DNA from: Felis catus
Taxonomy: Eukaryota
DNA: 64,000 nt
NCBI RefSeq assembly: GCF_018350175.1
Contig: NC_058368.1
Location: 25,856,001-25,920,000, forward strand
Reading direction: 5' to 3'
Positions 61,771-64,000 of this stretch are shown piece by piece. The position numbers and the translations under genes were made by a program. Each line of letters starts with the position of its first letter. Positions within the stretch are counted from its first letter, which is position 1. The notes under the pieces are model-generated. The model had not been told where the DNA came from. It ran no database searches and worked only from the letters and a program-made list of their open reading frames with translations.

Positions 61771-64000
61771 AATGTGAAGTCTGAATTTATCTAAAAAAAT
61801 ATTGTACGAGCCTAGGATAGTTGAGATGTAGGAGAGAGTTTAGAAAAGGCAACTTTTTATCCTTGTTGATAGCAAGGAAAAGGCAGATGACATCTGGGCC
61901 AGGGCTGTTTACTCTTGGGCACTGATTTTTTCCCTTCAAAGATATTAGAGCCCACACACACTTCATCAGATTCACAATGTGTGACCTTGATGATAAAAAC
62001 CATCTGTATTCAAGTATAAACTTTCGTGTCATTAAAATACTTGAAACACAAAGACTACTGTTAAAATTAGTAAGTTACTAATTTGAAAATTATGTAATTC
62101 TTCATGTACTTTTCTAAATGAACATTTGAAGGACTTTGTAATGTTGCATAGTCTTCATCCTGTTAGCTTTGGTAGATGGGTAATTCTGTTTTCTTTCTCT
62201 TTTTTGAAGTAATCTCTATACACAATGTGGGGTTCAAACTCACAACCCTGAGATCAAGAGTTTCATGCTCTATTGACTGAGCCAGAAAGAACCCCTTCTG
62301 TTTTCTCATTTTTAAAGAAGTAGTTTAGTATGTGGTGATCTGGTGAAATACCAACAAAAAGATGATTATATATTTTGCTCTATTAAACCTGTATGTAGGT
62401 ATTCAGGAGATACTTTAGATGTGAGAACAGTGTAAATACCTTCATCTTCATGGTAGAAAGCATTTAGTCAGATTCCTAGCAGCAGTTAAATGAGGGATCT
62501 CAAGTAATTTTTTTGGTTTAAATGTTGAAACCTTTACCTATACTGAGGATGAAAGATAGCAATGTACCTATATTGAGGGTCAAAGATGATTATGTAAGTC
62601 TTGAATATAAAACTCTTACAAGTAAGTTTTAAGTTTATGATAATGTTCTTTAAGGAAATTAAAAAAAAAAACGATCAAATTAGGGCAGCTTTGTTTTGTG
62701 GGAGAGATTCCATTTAAATTTATGTTATCCTTTACCTGGGATTTCTTCTGGACTTCTATATTTTCCAAAACAGTGTTTAGAGCATTGGTTCTTCAACTTT
62801 TCACTCCAGTTGTAGCTACAAAAAGCTATGTGTACCGTATTTTCACATGCCCAGATATTGTCAGCGTGTCTGCTCTCCAATCTGCCAGTCCTACACTTGT
62901 TTGCAGGCAGCTTCCTTCTCCATGGGCCTGAGCCGGCCCACCTTATGATCGGTTGTCATGCTCATTATCCAGGTTATCGTTGACAGGGCACCATTGTAAT
63001 AATATGGCCCTGTTCATGCTCTCAGGTGGCAGTTTTCATCACTAATTTCACTTTTACAATGAAGATTTCTCAATGCTTTACTTTTTTTTTTCTCCTTTTT
63101 TAGGCTCAGAACCTTATGTAGACATCGGCATTCACATCTTAAACAAGGACAGTTTTTAAGGATCTTTATAGACTTCAGATCATGCTTAGAAAACCAGTGT
63201 TTTTTGTGATAGTTGGCAGTATGTGAACGCTCATTAATTGCGCGGGTGCTTTACTGTTACACAGGGAAAGCCTATCATTTGGAGTCTCCCGGTTTATCAG
63301 TTTTGAATATGGCCTGTTGTTACTAGATGTCCTTAATGGTGCTGTATTTTTTTTTTTTTTAATAGTTCCTTGCATATTCTGCTAACCCGTCTCTCAAGGT
63401 GTTGTTGCAAATCTGTTTTTGGTGTCTCATTCGTCGGGACCATGTTTATTTGTTGTTTAAGTATGTATACAACCTGTTTTATGGCTTTCCTGACATGTGG
63501 TTTTAGTAAGTGTTGTCTGAGCTAGAAAGAAAAGAGCTGGGCAATGATGCGTGTCAAGCATCGCCGACTGAAGTGCCTCAGCATCCACAAAACAAAAAAG
63601 ATCCAAGTTGTCAGTTGTATAGTATAAATATAGCTATTGTCATAGAACACTGGGGGACATCAGTCTCTACACTGACATTAAGGTAGGTGGGCTTCTGGCG
63701 TTTAAAAGGTAGATGTGAAAATAAGAAAATAAGCTAGCATGTCAGTTGCCATGAATGCTTGTTAATACTTGTTTTTGAGAGTTGGAAACTGTAAAGCAAG
63801 GTTTCCATTTTTTAGGGTGACTTTTTCAACATACTGCGTTTTCTTTAGAGTACGTAATCGATAAATCTTCACGGAGCTAGAGTGTGTAATTGTGTTTTGC
63901 TTCATAAAGGCTATAGGAAATAGGAGGGGGATGAAGGCGAGAGACACGTAAAGAAAGAAGTTGTAGGAAGAAACCAGATGGGAAGCGTTTACACCTAGGG

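Noticed and set aside
1..64000. A novel multi-gene, CRISPR-like or prokaryotic-type system
   Set aside because: Sequence is intron-rich mammalian DNA; recurring repeats are dispersed SINEs with TSDs, not regularly spaced repeat-spacer arrays; all credible coding sequence belongs to two known genes.
60610..64000. NUFIP1 exon 8
   Set aside because: No phase-1 exon with the expected acidic ESDKEE-like sequence found; it probably lies beyond the window end.
35946..64000. Intronic snoRNAs in NUFIP1
   Set aside because: No convincing paired C/D boxes with terminal stem or H/ACA layout seen by eye; an Rfam scan is needed to exclude them.

Overview
Mammalian genomic DNA, almost certainly felid (cat-like): it carries more than 50 CAN-SINEs, several of the young Felis SINEC_Fc type. 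It holds the head-to-head pair GPALPP1 and NUFIP1 around a shared CpG-island promoter, with 222 bp between their start codons. GPALPP1 is on the minus strand with a complete 8-exon CDS: join complement(35233..35320, 31673..31805, 30800..30898, 28712..28796, 25059..25190, 24449..24613, 16236..16334, 12897..13115) = 1020 nt, 339 aa. NUFIP1 is on the plus strand with coding exons 1-7: 35543..35945, 37983..38065, 39860..39958, 40697..40759, 41542..41618, 54246..54338, 60416..60609 = 1012 nt; the remaining exons lie beyond the window. All introns are GT-AG and phases are consistent. The rest is intronic or intergenic repeats (CAN-SINE, a 3 kb truncated L1, older L1/L2/MIR/CR1/MaLR/DNA-transposon relics) and microsatellites. 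I cannot support a novel biological system here. The best second-look items are an unexplained ~100 bp dispersed duplication in NUFIP1 intron 5, serial SINE insertions into the same target sites with readable order, inverted SINEs around frame-preserving NUFIP1 exon 6 and in the putative long GPALPP1 3'UTR, an overlapping uORF on NUFIP1, and a tandem in-frame donor on GPALPP1 exon 4. Gene names and repeat families come from recalled sequence knowledge, not database searches, and old repeat boundaries are approximate.
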